Shown one piece after another: positions 11,224-22,099 of a stretch of DNA of 64,000 nucleotides. This DNA comes from Pachysolen tannophilus NRRL Y-2460. Its lineage: Eukaryota. Numbering within the stretch: position 1 is the stretch's first letter; every line of letters begins with the position of its first letter. The stretch covers positions 1,776,041-1,840,040 of the forward strand of contig KV454011.1 in NCBI GenBank assembly GCA_001661245.1, read 5' to 3'. The translations under genes and the position numbers were made by a program. The notes beneath the pieces were generated by a model. That model searched no databases. It was given only the letters and a program-made list of their open reading frames with translations, and was not told the DNA's origin.

Positions 11224-12990
11224 ATGGTGTTTGATCTGAGATCTGCTAGACAGAATGGGCATGGGAATGGGAATAGGTATAATCCGGGAAACGATTATGA
11301 GATAGATGATTATGGTCTTGATAGTGATGACTCGATAGAGGTTGGTAGAAGTAGGCCACAATTTGAAGAGAGAAGTTTTTTCAAGATGGATGATATTTTT
11401 GCAAAAGATAAAGAAAATTATTTAAATAGAGATTTGGATATTACAGATAAATTACGTTCAAATACTCACAAGATTGTTGAAGAATTACCCTCATCTGTGG
11501 CTTCAAAGTATGGTGAGATTTTAACTTCATTGACTGATCAAATCATAAGAGAGTATAAAGATTTGAAAAAAAAATATAAACTTTTACAGAGACAAGTGTC
11601 TAATAACGCGGCAGCAGCAACGGCGGCTAATAATAATCACAACAATGCTATGACCAATGGTAATGGTAAAGTTGATGATTTAATAATTGCAAAATTGCAA
11701 GAAAAATTGAAAAAATATAGAAATGAGTCGATGGATTTGGAGAAAAAAGTATCACTTAAGGATAAAGAAATTGCTCTATTGAAATCAAAACTACAGAAAC
11801 AAGAGAAACAAGAGAAACAAGAGATGCAAGAAAAGCAAGAGAAACCGCTGGTGTTGCTGGAGCCTCAGGAACAACCATTATCGGCTAACAAACTGTTGAT
11901 TAACGAACCATTGGATAACGATTCAGATACAAATTATTCATTTTTAATTGATCAATTGAAATCAGAAATCTCCAATTTGAATCTTGCGAAAGAACTGGAA
12001 ATTAGAAAAAAAAATCAAAAAAGAGAATATGAAGAATTACAAAAACAATTTGAACATTTAAAAAATCAACAAAAACACGTTTCTTTAAAAGATTTGGATG
12101 ATTTTAAAAAAAATATAGATTCAAACTTGGACTTGAAAATTAATTTATTGGTTGAAGAGATTCAAAAATTGAATCAGCAAAAATTTGAATATCATGAACC
12201 TGAATCTAAACTTGAAAATGAAAATGAAAATGAAAATGAAAATAAGAATGAGAATGAAAATGACACTGCAAAAGAAAAAGAAAATGAAAATGAATATTCT
12301 TCAAGAATTGATGCAAAATTGGACAAGATTTCAAAAGCTTTATACCAATTGTCCCACATGAAAAACACAATTACAAATCAATCAGATTTACCATTGCGTG
12401 TACCATCGCATGTACATTCACATTCACACTCACACTCACAAAAACAATGCAAATTTTGTCATAATGAAAGTGATGATGAAAATCATGAAACACCTTGTTC
12501 GATGTCGGCCTCAGAACTTATTCTGCAACCTTTGAAGGAACCAGTTAATAAATCATTACCAATTCTCACATCACCACCATCTTCAAGCCATAATTCTCGC
12601 TACGATAAAAAAAGTTTCTTAAAATATCAAATTGAATATTTAACTAAAGAAGAATCTAAATTAGATACTCAATACAGAGAACTCGATAAAGAAGATAAAT
12701 ATTTCAAGAATAAATCCATAATGATGGATATAATGGAAAAAAGTTTTAAAATTAAAGAAGAATTGGCTAAGAAAAAACAAGAATTGAAACAACAAGAAAA
12801 ACAAGAAAAAGAACAAGAACAAAAACAAGCTAAAGAATTGAATGAAAATGATGATGGGAATTGTACAATTAATTTGGTAAAAGATCACAAGAGAAATTTT
12901 GGTATACCTTTAAAAGATATCACTAATAAATATGGAGGGTCATTCCAATTCAACCCTGATAATAAAGGAATTCATTTCGAACGTCATTAG
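11224..12990 (+). CDS. Coiled-coil protein of unknown function, possibly spindle-pole-body (Ppc89/Cep57-like)
   Basis: 588-aa ORF with long heptad stretches, an (EN)n repeat, and a His-rich HSHSHS-QKQCKFCH motif before a C-terminal helical segment. The family call is tentative. Confidence 0.7.
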   Translation: MVFDLRSARQNGHGNGNRYNPGNDYEIDDYGLDSDDSIEVGRSRPQFEERSFFKMDDIFAKDKENYLNRDLDITDKLRSNTHKIVEELPSSVASKYGEILTSLTDQIIREYKDLKKKYKLLQRQVSNNAAAATAANNNHNNAMTNGNGKVDDLIIAKLQEKLKKYRNESMDLEKKVSLKDKEIALLKSKLQKQEKQEKQEMQEKQEKPLVLLEPQEQPLSANKLLINEPLDNDSDTNYSFLIDQLKSEISNLNLAKELEIRKKNQKREYEELQKQFEHLKNQQKHVSLKDLDDFKKNIDSNLDLKINLLVEEIQKLNQQKFEYHEPESKLENENENENENKNENENDTAKEKENENEYSSRIDAKLDKISKALYQLSHMKNTITNQSDLPLRVPSHVHSHSHSHSQKQCKFCHNESDDENHETPCSMSASELILQPLKEPVNKSLPILTSPPSSSHNSRYDKKSFLKYQIEYLTKEESKLDTQYRELDKEDKYFKNKSIMMDIMEKSFKIKEELAKKKQELKQQEKQEKEQEQKQAKELNENDDGNCTINLVKDHKRNFGIPLKDITNKYGGSFQFNPDNKGIHFERH

Positions 12991-13276
12991 ATTTCATTTT
13001 TGGACCTTTTATTGAACATTTTTTCCATAGTTTACGTTTATATATATATTTATTATTTTTAATATTAATTGTTAATTAGCATTAGTTAAAATAAAGAAAG
13101 AAAGAAAAGTAGTGCACGGAAAACTCAATTAAATTTAAAAATTGAGAAATGAAAAAAAAAAAAAATACTTTTTTTTTTTGTGTTTTTTTCAATTTTCATT
13201 CAACGCTATCCTATTCATCTTTAAAGAAGAACAAAAGATAAGCTTGATATTTAATTTTTTTATTTCAATTAAAATC

Positions 13277-13930
13277 ATGACTAGAAATATATCGGTAGAT
13301 GCTTTTATAGAGCGGTCGATAAGACTTCTTGAGGCCAATGCTTCTACAGCTCATGTTTCAATCACGTATGGTTCCAATTTGAAAAAGCATAACAAGAAAC
13401 AAAAATCAGAATCAAAAAAAGAGCAAAATGATCATAATAATAAGATCACCAAAAATTTTGTTACTGTCAAGACATATGATCCAGTTACTGGGACATGTTT
13501 GAAGATCGAAGTATTCAAGATGAAAGAGTTTTCTAGGATTTTGTCATCATTAGGTCCTAGGTCTATAAATTTTACTAAAAAGAGAAGAATAAATAATAGT
13601 GAGTTTGAACAAATGGACACTACAGAAGATGAGATTAATAATAACAACAACAACAAATTGATTAAAAGAGAAAAACTTGAATCATATACTGTGACAAAAA
13701 GAGGTATGAGTAGTATAATGTCCAATAAAGAATTTGAAAAACAGGAAGTACCTATTGTACCTACTGACCTGGAAGTTACTGGCGCTGGTAAAAATATTAT
13801 CAATTCTATGGATACCTCAAAAGAAAATAATTCAGTTACTGACTCCCAGGATAAATTGCTGTCACAGTCACAGAGTAATTCTGGTAAAAATTCAGGAAAA
13901 AAGAATAAGAAGAAGAATAAAAAGCGTTGA
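13277..13930 (+). CDS. SRP21: Signal recognition particle subunit SRP9/21
   Basis: VDAFIERSIRLLEAN, VTVKTYDPVTGTCLK, FSRILSSLGPR and a Lys-rich tail; first ATG is at 13277. Confidence 0.85.
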   Translation: MTRNISVDAFIERSIRLLEANASTAHVSITYGSNLKKHNKKQKSESKKEQNDHNNKITKNFVTVKTYDPVTGTCLKIEVFKMKEFSRILSSLGPRSINFTKKRRINNSEFEQMDTTEDEINNNNNNKLIKREKLESYTVTKRGMSSIMSNKEFEKQEVPIVPTDLEVTGAGKNIINSMDTSKENNSVTDSQDKLLSQSQSNSGKNSGKKNKKKNKKR

Positions 13931-14397
13931 ATTGTATATAGTGTTTACTATGAACAGAAAAAAAAGTTACTTTTTATTAAAAAAAGAATTTTTGTTCTTT
14001 TCCCAGTTAATAATAATTAGAATCAAAAATAAATATCTATGACAAAAGCAAAATGGAGAATTGAAATTATTATATAAGAATATAATCAGAGGTAGAGCCA
14101 GAGGAACTGATTGTGAAATCACAAGATAATATTAATACAATTGTAGATAGTTTAGACAGAGCTTGTTCTTCCTCTAATGCTGCTACTAGCGCAAACGTTA
14201 TTTCTGGACGGAATAATAATAATGACAATGCTTCAGGAAGCATTTTGCCTAAAAAAATGAATAAAAAGAAAATAAAAGTTCAAAAGAAGAAGTTTAATTT
14301 TTTTTTTNTTTTTTTTTTTTGTTAATTTCATTTCATTTCATTTCAAAAGAGGAGGAAAAAAAAAGTTCATTTCATATTCCCAAGACCTGTATTGATT

Positions 14398-16170
14398 TTA
14401 GAACTTACCAGTTTCTACAACTTCATCTGGAATATGTTGAAAACCTTCACCTTCGTTTATATCTGTATTATTTTTTGAATTATTGCTAGCCATTAACAAG
14501 TTTGTAATTTGTGAGTTTTGCTGTTCATTGTCGTCACTATCAATGTTAACATCTCCATTTTCATTTCTATCAAAATCTGAAGATTTGTGTTCATATATAC
14601 GTTCATTTAAAGTCAATAGTGAATCGGGGATTTCCTGTTGATTTTTCAAGTCTTCATTTTTGCGATTCAAAATATCTTGGATTTTTTGCTTCTTTTTCTT
14701 GGTTGATGACTTTGATGAAGATGCAGAAGAAGAAGGTTGAGATGAATTCACTTCCTCTGATAATTTTTCTCCAGATTTATAAGAAGCATTTGATTTATAA
14801 TTTGGAGGGTTATCTGGAATCATTTTTAATAGATGTTGTGATTTTTCCAGTGATGGTTGTGATTTATTTCTAGTTTCTAATAATGCTTTTGGTCCGAAAA
14901 AAGTTTCTTCATCTATAGGATATTCTGGAGGTAGAGCCTCACCCTGTTGTAATATTACATCACCTGCATTTCCTTCTTCAGCGGTGTTATTATTACCAAC
15001 ACCCAGGTGATTACTTCTCTCAATTTTACCAGCAACAACATCATCGTAAAAAGGTGGTGCACCAAGATGTCCTTCATTATTATTTTCACAAAAACCTAAT
15101 CTTTTAACATTGGCTTCTATGAAAACAAAACCTGAATCTCCCAAATTGACTTGAACTTTACAAGGAGCACCAACTGCACCAATACAAGGATATAAATCTG
15201 TTTTCAATTTTTTCAATATATCTGCAACTTTTTTACCATTATGTGTGACAAAAACTGTTCCTGAATTACTTTTAAAACCTATTCCAATAACGTCTCCTTG
15301 GATAAGTTGTGGCGTAAGTACAGAAGAATTCAATTCATCATTGAATGGGTTATTAATTTTAAGAAATCCAGAAGTTTCAACACCAAATGAATAATAATAT
15401 TCTCCTGGAAGTCTAAAATTTGGCAGTGGTTTTGTTGATAAACCAATATTTATCTTAGTTGTATTATAATCAAAATCAAAAAGTTTAACTTCAAAATAGA
15501 CTGTATCATTATTTCTATTTTTAGTGGGAAGTGGTAAATTTAAAATTGTTGTTGATGGGTTATCAGTTAAAAATGTAATATCAGTTTTATCTTCCACTAT
15601 ATAAGGTAGATCATTACCGAGACCGCTAATACTTCCATAATATGTGTTTGTAGTTAATGAATTATTAATCATTGGAGTTGTTTCAGAACTATTATTATTA
15701 TCATTATTATCTTGTAAAAGAGAATCTATTTGATCCACATATTGTTCAAAATAAAATACTTTAATTCCTCTATCCCTAATTAAAAGTTCCACATTTAAAT
15801 CAATACCATTACCCATTGGTTTTAAAATAGGTTTATATAATTTTTGAAATTTTTTACCTAAATTATAATAAAACAATTGATTCTTATTAAAATTTTTTAA
15901 ATAAATTGATTCATTCTCTAATATTTGATTTTCATCATAATTAAAATTATCTGGAATATTAAGAATATTACCATTTGCTGAATTATGACCAAAAAATTCT
16001 GATGATGATGAAAAATCATTAAAAAATATATAATAAATTGATAATATTAACAAGATCAATAAAACAAATGATAATGTTGATGATAATCCAATTAAAAATG
16101 GTAAATTCAAATCATCCGGACCACTATTGATAGGATCTCCTATATTGATCTCATGTGCTAACAGCAGCAT
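14398..16170 (-). CDS. SSH4: Rsp5 adaptor with transmembrane helix, SPRY domain and PPxY motifs
   Basis: N-terminal TM, YFEVKLFD..IGLSTKP..FRLPG, GDVIGIG, VNLGDSGFVFIEANVKRLG, and PPFY/PPEY/PPNY. Lies next to SRP21, as SSH4 does in S. cerevisiae. Confidence 0.85.
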   Translation of the reverse strand: MLLLAHEINIGDPINSGPDDLNLPFLIGLSSTLSFVLLILLILSIYYIFFNDFSSSSEFFGHNSANGNILNIPDNFNYDENQILENESIYLKNFNKNQLFYYNLGKKFQKLYKPILKPMGNGIDLNVELLIRDRGIKVFYFEQYVDQIDSLLQDNNDNNNSSETTPMINNSLTTNTYYGSISGLGNDLPYIVEDKTDITFLTDNPSTTILNLPLPTKNRNNDTVYFEVKLFDFDYNTTKINIGLSTKPLPNFRLPGEYYYSFGVETSGFLKINNPFNDELNSSVLTPQLIQGDVIGIGFKSNSGTVFVTHNGKKVADILKKLKTDLYPCIGAVGAPCKVQVNLGDSGFVFIEANVKRLGFCENNNEGHLGAPPFYDDVVAGKIERSNHLGVGNNNTAEEGNAGDVILQQGEALPPEYPIDEETFFGPKALLETRNKSQPSLEKSQHLLKMIPDNPPNYKSNASYKSGEKLSEEVNSSQPSSSASSSKSSTKKKKQKIQDILNRKNEDLKNQQEIPDSLLTLNERIYEHKSSDFDRNENGDVNIDSDDNEQQNSQITNLLMASNNSKNNTDINEGEGFQHIPDEVVETGKF

Positions 16171-16449
16171 CACACTATACCTAACTTTTTTTAAATGATT
16201 TACCCCTAGCCTATATTATTTATTCTTTATTAAAATTAATGAATGATGATAAATAAATTAATATAATTTTAAAATCATGAAATGATTTTATTAATTTAAT
16301 AAAAATAAAATATTAAATTTAAATATATATTTAAATGATTTTAATTATAAATAATAATAAATATTTATTTATTTATTTAATAAGTTAATTCTTATCTAAA
16401 TAATTGACTATTTCAAACTATATATATATATATATATATATCAATTTGA

Positions 16450-17094
16450 TTATTCGAGAATATCGGTCAATGCCGATATTCTTGACATTTTATCAACCAT
16501 TTCGTTATAACCAGCAAAGAGCAGTTTCTTTTTTTCTTCTATTATCTTATGTTGACATTTAAATTCTTCAATCTTTTCACTATTTCTTTGTTCTACAACA
16601 TAATGAAGGTTACTAATAATGTTTTGTATAGCATCTTGATAATCAGTTACTAATTTTAAACAATGCTTATTATAATTTATTTTATCTTGTAATAATTTCT
16701 TTAAATAAAAATTCTCTTTTCTTAAATTGAATAATTTCAATTCTTTACCAGTTAAATGAGTTTCTTTAATTGAATATGGGAAGATTTGTTCTAAAGAAAT
16801 CATTTCATTTGTATATTTTAATTTACTTAAAAGATAATCTTCTTCTTCTTCTTCATCATTATTACCAACATCATTAATATCTTTCACCTCATGTCCGCCA
16901 GCAGAACATGAATTTTTAATCTCAAGCTGAAGTTGTAAATACTCAGCTTCTTGTAATATCTTATTCTTTAATAATTTATTCTCATTGATCTTATCGTTCA
17001 ATTGATCTAGTAATTGAAATAAGCATGTATAATCTTCGGTCCTATACAAATACTTTAACTGCTGGTACGGATTATTGCTATTATCAGAAACCAT
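16450..17094 (-). CDS. Small coiled-coil protein, possibly Far3/Far7 (STRIPAK)-like
   Basis: 214-aa ATG ORF with N-terminal LFQLLDQLNDKINENK and C-terminal LRKENFYLKKLL..LVTDYQDAIQNII coiled coils. Family resemblance is weak. Confidence 0.6.
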   Translation of the reverse strand: MVSDNSNNPYQQLKYLYRTEDYTCLFQLLDQLNDKINENKLLKNKILQEAEYLQLQLEIKNSCSAGGHEVKDINDVGNNDEEEEEDYLLSKLKYTNEMISLEQIFPYSIKETHLTGKELKLFNLRKENFYLKKLLQDKINYNKHCLKLVTDYQDAIQNIISNLHYVVEQRNSEKIEEFKCQHKIIEEKKKLLFAGYNEMVDKMSRISALTDILE

Positions 17095-17436
17095 TCCCCA
17101 AAAAAAAACTATTCAAACTATAAAAACAATTAAATACAATATACCGCCTATCCACTTCCTCTTCTCCTTTTCCTATCCTCTTCTTCTTCGTCGTTATCGT
17201 TATCGTTGTCTTTGTCTTTCTTTGTCTTTGTCTTTGTTGTTTTAAAAGTGATTCAACTTTTTTTGGTGGTCGTGCTCTCGAAATCAAAACGTTTTATAAC
17301 CAAAAAAAGAAGGAGATGATGATGATGAAGAAGAAGAAGTTTAGTATTAAATAATAATAAGAAGAATTGAAACGGTATTTGGTGATTAAATTATACTTTT
17401 TTTTTGCTTTCTTTTTTTCTGCTGTTAGATGCTATA

Positions 17437-20187
17437 ATGGATGTGCTGACACAGCCTAATGTTAGCGCTGGTGGTGGTGTAGGCAGAAATGGGAGTGGAG
17501 GCCATAGAAATAAAAATCATAACCAGCAGTCAGCGGTGATGGTTGCAGGAGATTCTGTGAATTTACAGAGTTTACAAAGTTCACAAAGCTCACAAAGTTC
17601 AAAGAGTACTAATGCGAAACAGCAATCTACTTCATTGTCATTTAGTTATCTCATACCTTCACATCCGTTTATAGATACTTTGGCGCTTTTGGTTTTGTTT
17701 TCAATTTTACCAACTTCGATGGCGTGCTTTATATTTATACTTAATATTTCATCAGATTCTTCAGTGTTTTTGTTGGGTAAGTTTTTATCAGGGGTTTTCA
17801 AGAAGATTAACGGAGCTGGAGAGCATAATCACAATAGTAATGGAAATGGAAATGGAAATAGCGAACCATCATCTTCATCTTCATCATCACAAGGCGCTAA
17901 TTCTACTTCGTTTGCAACAACAAATAGAAGTAATGGTGGCTCTATTGGTCTTTTCAATAATTCTGCTCTTTTACATGAAATAGTACGACCTTTGTTATTA
18001 TCATTATCCATAGATGCGTTTGTTGTTTGTGTTTTATTGTTTTTTTCACCAGGATTATTGAAATTTAGTTATCATTTATCAAAACTGTTTATTGCTTCAA
18101 ATTTATCTAGTTATAGATCAAGTTCGAATTTAAATGCTTTTGCTTCATTTTTAAGTCTATTGGCTATTGGATATTTATTCAATATGACAATGAGTTATTT
18201 TGATATTTATTATTTCCCATTAAGTTCTTCATCGTTATCATTAATAACTGCTGGTAACACAAGTATTCAAAACCGCGGCGATAACAGTGATAACGCAAAA
18301 AATGTTTTATCTAATTTATCTTCATCATTATCATCCCCGTCTTTTATCACATCATCAGAATCAATTATTATGAGATATTTCTACAGACTTCATAAGACTT
18401 TTGTGTTTTTAATTTTAAATAATTCCAAAAATTATAAAAATTGGACTTTTCTATTTTATTTCATCCAACAAACAATATACCCAGTTTTATCAATTCATAC
18501 CATTATTTTAAATATTAAACCTTTTTTGAAAAAAAATTCAGGTTTTAGTTTATTTTTCACAAAATCTTTGGATCAATTTTCAAATATTACTTTTAATTAT
18601 AATTATGCTATAACAAATACAAATATAAAATCTAAAAGAGGAACTCTAAATTATGCAGAACAAGAAATTCCAACTGTTAAAGTTGATTATCAAATTTCAA
18701 AATCTTCTTGTCCATCAATAATTGAATACTTGAATAATTCAGAAAATGTCGATCAAAACAATAATGATAGATATGAAGCTCCAGCTTCTTTCCCGAGTGA
18801 TCAATTATCAAACATAAGAGATATTTCAACAGCATTTGCCGTTGTATCAGAGAATTTCATGAATTATTGTATTCAACCATTTTCTTCGTTATCATCTAAT
18901 TGTTCTACATTTTATCCTCTGCAACAACAATCGCAGTTGCCTTCTTCTCCATCATTAAGTCAATCAATTAAAAAATCAACACTTTCTTCATCAAACGCTA
19001 CTACAGCAACATCGACTACATCATCATCATTATTATCAACAACAACAACAATAAACTCAACAAATAATAAAGGGAACGAAAACGTTAGATTCCATCAACC
19101 TTTATGGTCATTAATTGCTGCAGCAAAGACAATGTTTTCAAGACTTGATTTGTATTCAGGTGAAAGTGTTTGTCTTGACAGTAGTGATGGAGCCTTGGTT
19201 CATAATAAAAACGAATTCACCAGAAATTTAATAAATGATCCAGTTCAATGTTTTGTATTTTTAACTGGTGAAAATGATATTGGATTAGAATTATTTGGTG
19301 CCATAATTAATACCATCTTGATAAGAGTTAATGGGGTTGCTTGGTATCAAATAGTATCAGGAGTCGCCAATGATGTCGATTATGTATTTATTAGAGGATT
19401 AACTCCACTTTCTCAATACGATATTGAAGTTATTAATGTCAATAAACGTAACGAAAAAGAATTATTATGTCATTCAATTATTAGTACTACTTCAAATAAT
19501 TCAATGTTGATACATTCAAAAAAATCAACTCCTTTAGATACTTTACAACAAAGTCTAGCAACAACAAATAATAATCTTAATCGTGAAAAATTAAAATTGA
19601 AGAAACAAAAAAAGGATTATTCCAAAAAAATTCATTCTTACAAAAGTGAAATTGAAATATTGAAGAAAAAACTTTCAAATAATGATAAATCTGATGAAAG
19701 AAATTTTAGAAAAATATGTTTCTTACGTCAAACTTTAACTTCTTTGGAACAAGAATATTCAAAGATTAACGATGAAATATTGAATATTTATAATATTGAA
19801 AATGAATTACATGAGAAGTATCTTCAAGAAAAGAAAATATTCGATAAACAATTTAGAAAATTGACTAGTTTTGAAAATGATTATAATATGAAGAAAAATT
19901 TGAAATTAAACAAAATTTTAAGTTTACAAAATGATCTTAGTACTCTAAACCTGAAAAATGAAAAGTTGATCAAGAAGAAATTGAAAATTGTGGAAGAATT
20001 GGACCTGTTACAAGAATATATTAATAATTTGAAAATTGAAGATGTGGAATTCAGATTATCTAAAAGAAAAGATAGAGAATCAAATAGACTGAAAAGTTTA
20101 AACAAGTTTGGTTTGGAAATCTCAAAATTGGAAAAAGAAAACGAAGGACTAAAAGCCAAGAATATAAGACTACGGAACCAATTATGA
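17437..20187 (+). CDS. Membrane protein with FN3-like and coiled-coil regions (Nnf2/AcrB-like)
   Basis: N-terminal TM helices, HQPLWSLIAAAKTMF, IRVNG..IRGLTPLSQYDIEV and a long C-terminal coiled coil. Confidence 0.75.
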   Translation: MDVLTQPNVSAGGGVGRNGSGGHRNKNHNQQSAVMVAGDSVNLQSLQSSQSSQSSKSTNAKQQSTSLSFSYLIPSHPFIDTLALLVLFSILPTSMACFIFILNISSDSSVFLLGKFLSGVFKKINGAGEHNHNSNGNGNGNSEPSSSSSSSQGANSTSFATTNRSNGGSIGLFNNSALLHEIVRPLLLSLSIDAFVVCVLLFFSPGLLKFSYHLSKLFIASNLSSYRSSSNLNAFASFLSLLAIGYLFNMTMSYFDIYYFPLSSSSLSLITAGNTSIQNRGDNSDNAKNVLSNLSSSLSSPSFITSSESIIMRYFYRLHKTFVFLILNNSKNYKNWTFLFYFIQQTIYPVLSIHTIILNIKPFLKKNSGFSLFFTKSLDQFSNITFNYNYAITNTNIKSKRGTLNYAEQEIPTVKVDYQISKSSCPSIIEYLNNSENVDQNNNDRYEAPASFPSDQLSNIRDISTAFAVVSENFMNYCIQPFSSLSSNCSTFYPLQQQSQLPSSPSLSQSIKKSTLSSSNATTATSTTSSSLLSTTTTINSTNNKGNENVRFHQPLWSLIAAAKTMFSRLDLYSGESVCLDSSDGALVHNKNEFTRNLINDPVQCFVFLTGENDIGLELFGAIINTILIRVNGVAWYQIVSGVANDVDYVFIRGLTPLSQYDIEVINVNKRNEKELLCHSIISTTSNNSMLIHSKKSTPLDTLQQSLATTNNNLNREKLKLKKQKKDYSKKIHSYKSEIEILKKKLSNNDKSDERNFRKICFLRQTLTSLEQEYSKINDEILNIYNIENELHEKYLQEKKIFDKQFRKLTSFENDYNMKKNLKLNKILSLQNDLSTLNLKNEKLIKKKLKIVEELDLLQEYINNLKIEDVEFRLSKRKDRESNRLKSLNKFGLEISKLEKENEGLKAKNIRLRNQL

Positions 20188-20484
20188 ATTTGCAAAAACT
20201 TTCTATATAGCTTTGTCATTGTCGTTGTTGTCGTTGTTGTTGTTTGTATATAACTTGTAAAATGCTAAAAAAAAAAATAAAAATAAAAAAATAAAAATTA
20301 TCGCGTTTCAAAAATTAACCCAAATGTTCCCATAATCTATATCATCTTTTTATTACAATTCCTAACATCTTATTTATAATGTATGAAAGATATTTTGATG
20401 ATAATAGTATGAGGCTTCAAATGCAAATGATTATAATAGGGATAAGGATGTCAAAGAGATAATATAACATAAACATCTAGGACA

Positions 20485-21879
20485 ATGCAACCATTTAATA
20501 ATAATAGTAATAAACCAAAATTTCGAGTAGTTGATAGACCACTACCATTAAACCATATAACTAGTGCTAGCGATGAGCAAAACGATGTTCTCGAATCACC
20601 TAATCTTAATGACTCGTGGAAGATTAAAAATGACCGGCTTCTAAGATATAAGAAATTGAAAGAGTCTAGGGATAGGTTGATTGGTAGTAAAGACCATAAT
20701 GATAAAAAGCAGAACAATAGTATACTTGAACCAAAGTTGGATATTGAAAGACTACTACATAATAATAATAATAATGATAATAATAGTATTGATAAAGCAC
20801 ATATCAAAGAAATAGTACCCCATATACAAAATAATAATAGTCATTTGAACGCTGATAGAGGTGAGAAATTACAGTTATTGAAAACATTGATTAATGAGGC
20901 TAGGAGGAAAGTTGAATTGGAGCAGCTGAAATATGATGCTGAATTACAAAAATATTTAATTGAAGAAGATTATGAAAAGTTGCAACAAGATGAAGCTAAT
21001 AAAATTGGAAAAGGAATGGACATAAATTTTAAAATTCATGATAAAGATTTAGAAAAAAAAGATGAAGAATTGATAGTTGAGGAATCGTCTTCTCGTAGAA
21101 GCAATAGTAATAGAAATAGAAATAATAGGAATAGGAATGTTTTACAGCCATTAAAGACAATTTCATTATCACCACCATCTCCTTTACCACCATTGGCTCC
21201 TTTAGCTCCTCAGCCGAAACCTTCGTATGCTCAACATGGTGAATTACATCCATCTACGGAACCCGCAGTGAACAATAATTTTTTTTTGAGAAGACCATCT
21301 CAATCTCATTCCCCGAGAATTCCTTCAAAATTATCACAAACAGTAACCCCAGATGATCTAGAGACTCCTCCTCCTACTTTCCCTTCAAGTCAAGAAGAAT
21401 ATGATCAAGAAAATGGAAGAAAAAACAAGATTAAAGATGAAATAAAAGAAAATCTAGATGATAATATTTTCTTGGATACAGGAGAAAGAAAAAAGGAAAT
21501 AGATGATGTGATTGATGATTTCTTGGAGGTTATGGTTTCAAATGAATTTGAATCGGAAAAAAAGGAAAATGAAGTATCAATTGAAAAAGACAATTTAAAA
21601 TCAAATGTGCGAAGAAATCAATTGAGTAAAAAAGAAGAAGAAATTCAAAAAATGGAAAAGGATAACACATACGCTTATCATAATGATAACGAAGATGATG
21701 ATGACATTAACATTATATTTACATATATTTCAACAAAACTAGATGTTGTTCTGAACAAACTTACAGATCTTGAGCAAAAAAATTCCAAAACTTCACCTAA
21801 TGCTGATCATTATAAATGGACAATTGTAATTTTATTAATCGTTATATTTCTGATGTTCTCGTATATTGTCTCAGACTAA
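20485..21879 (+). CDS. Tail-anchored coiled-coil protein, unknown function
   Basis: 464-aa ORF with a coiled coil, a Pro-rich linker and a single C-terminal TM (WTIVILLIVIFLMFSYIV). Confidence 0.75.
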   Translation: MQPFNNNSNKPKFRVVDRPLPLNHITSASDEQNDVLESPNLNDSWKIKNDRLLRYKKLKESRDRLIGSKDHNDKKQNNSILEPKLDIERLLHNNNNNDNNSIDKAHIKEIVPHIQNNNSHLNADRGEKLQLLKTLINEARRKVELEQLKYDAELQKYLIEEDYEKLQQDEANKIGKGMDINFKIHDKDLEKKDEELIVEESSSRRSNSNRNRNNRNRNVLQPLKTISLSPPSPLPPLAPLAPQPKPSYAQHGELHPSTEPAVNNNFFLRRPSQSHSPRIPSKLSQTVTPDDLETPPPTFPSSQEEYDQENGRKNKIKDEIKENLDDNIFLDTGERKKEIDDVIDDFLEVMVSNEFESEKKENEVSIEKDNLKSNVRRNQLSKKEEEIQKMEKDNTYAYHNDNEDDDDINIIFTYISTKLDVVLNKLTDLEQKNSKTSPNADHYKWTIVILLIVIFLMFSYIVSD

Positions 21880-22099
21880 AAAAATTGGAGAAGAATGATT
21901 AAAAAAAAAAACTGAAGACATATTTCATTTGAGAATTCCCAATCCTCATGTAATTTTAATTTTGTATGCTGAATCCGAATATAATATAAGTGTATAATTT
22001 TGTATAATCATTATAATTTAATTTTGTATCATTATAGTTTTAAAAAGATGATGCTGTCGTAAAATAATGCGGATAACTTTTGTTTGTAATATAATACAT

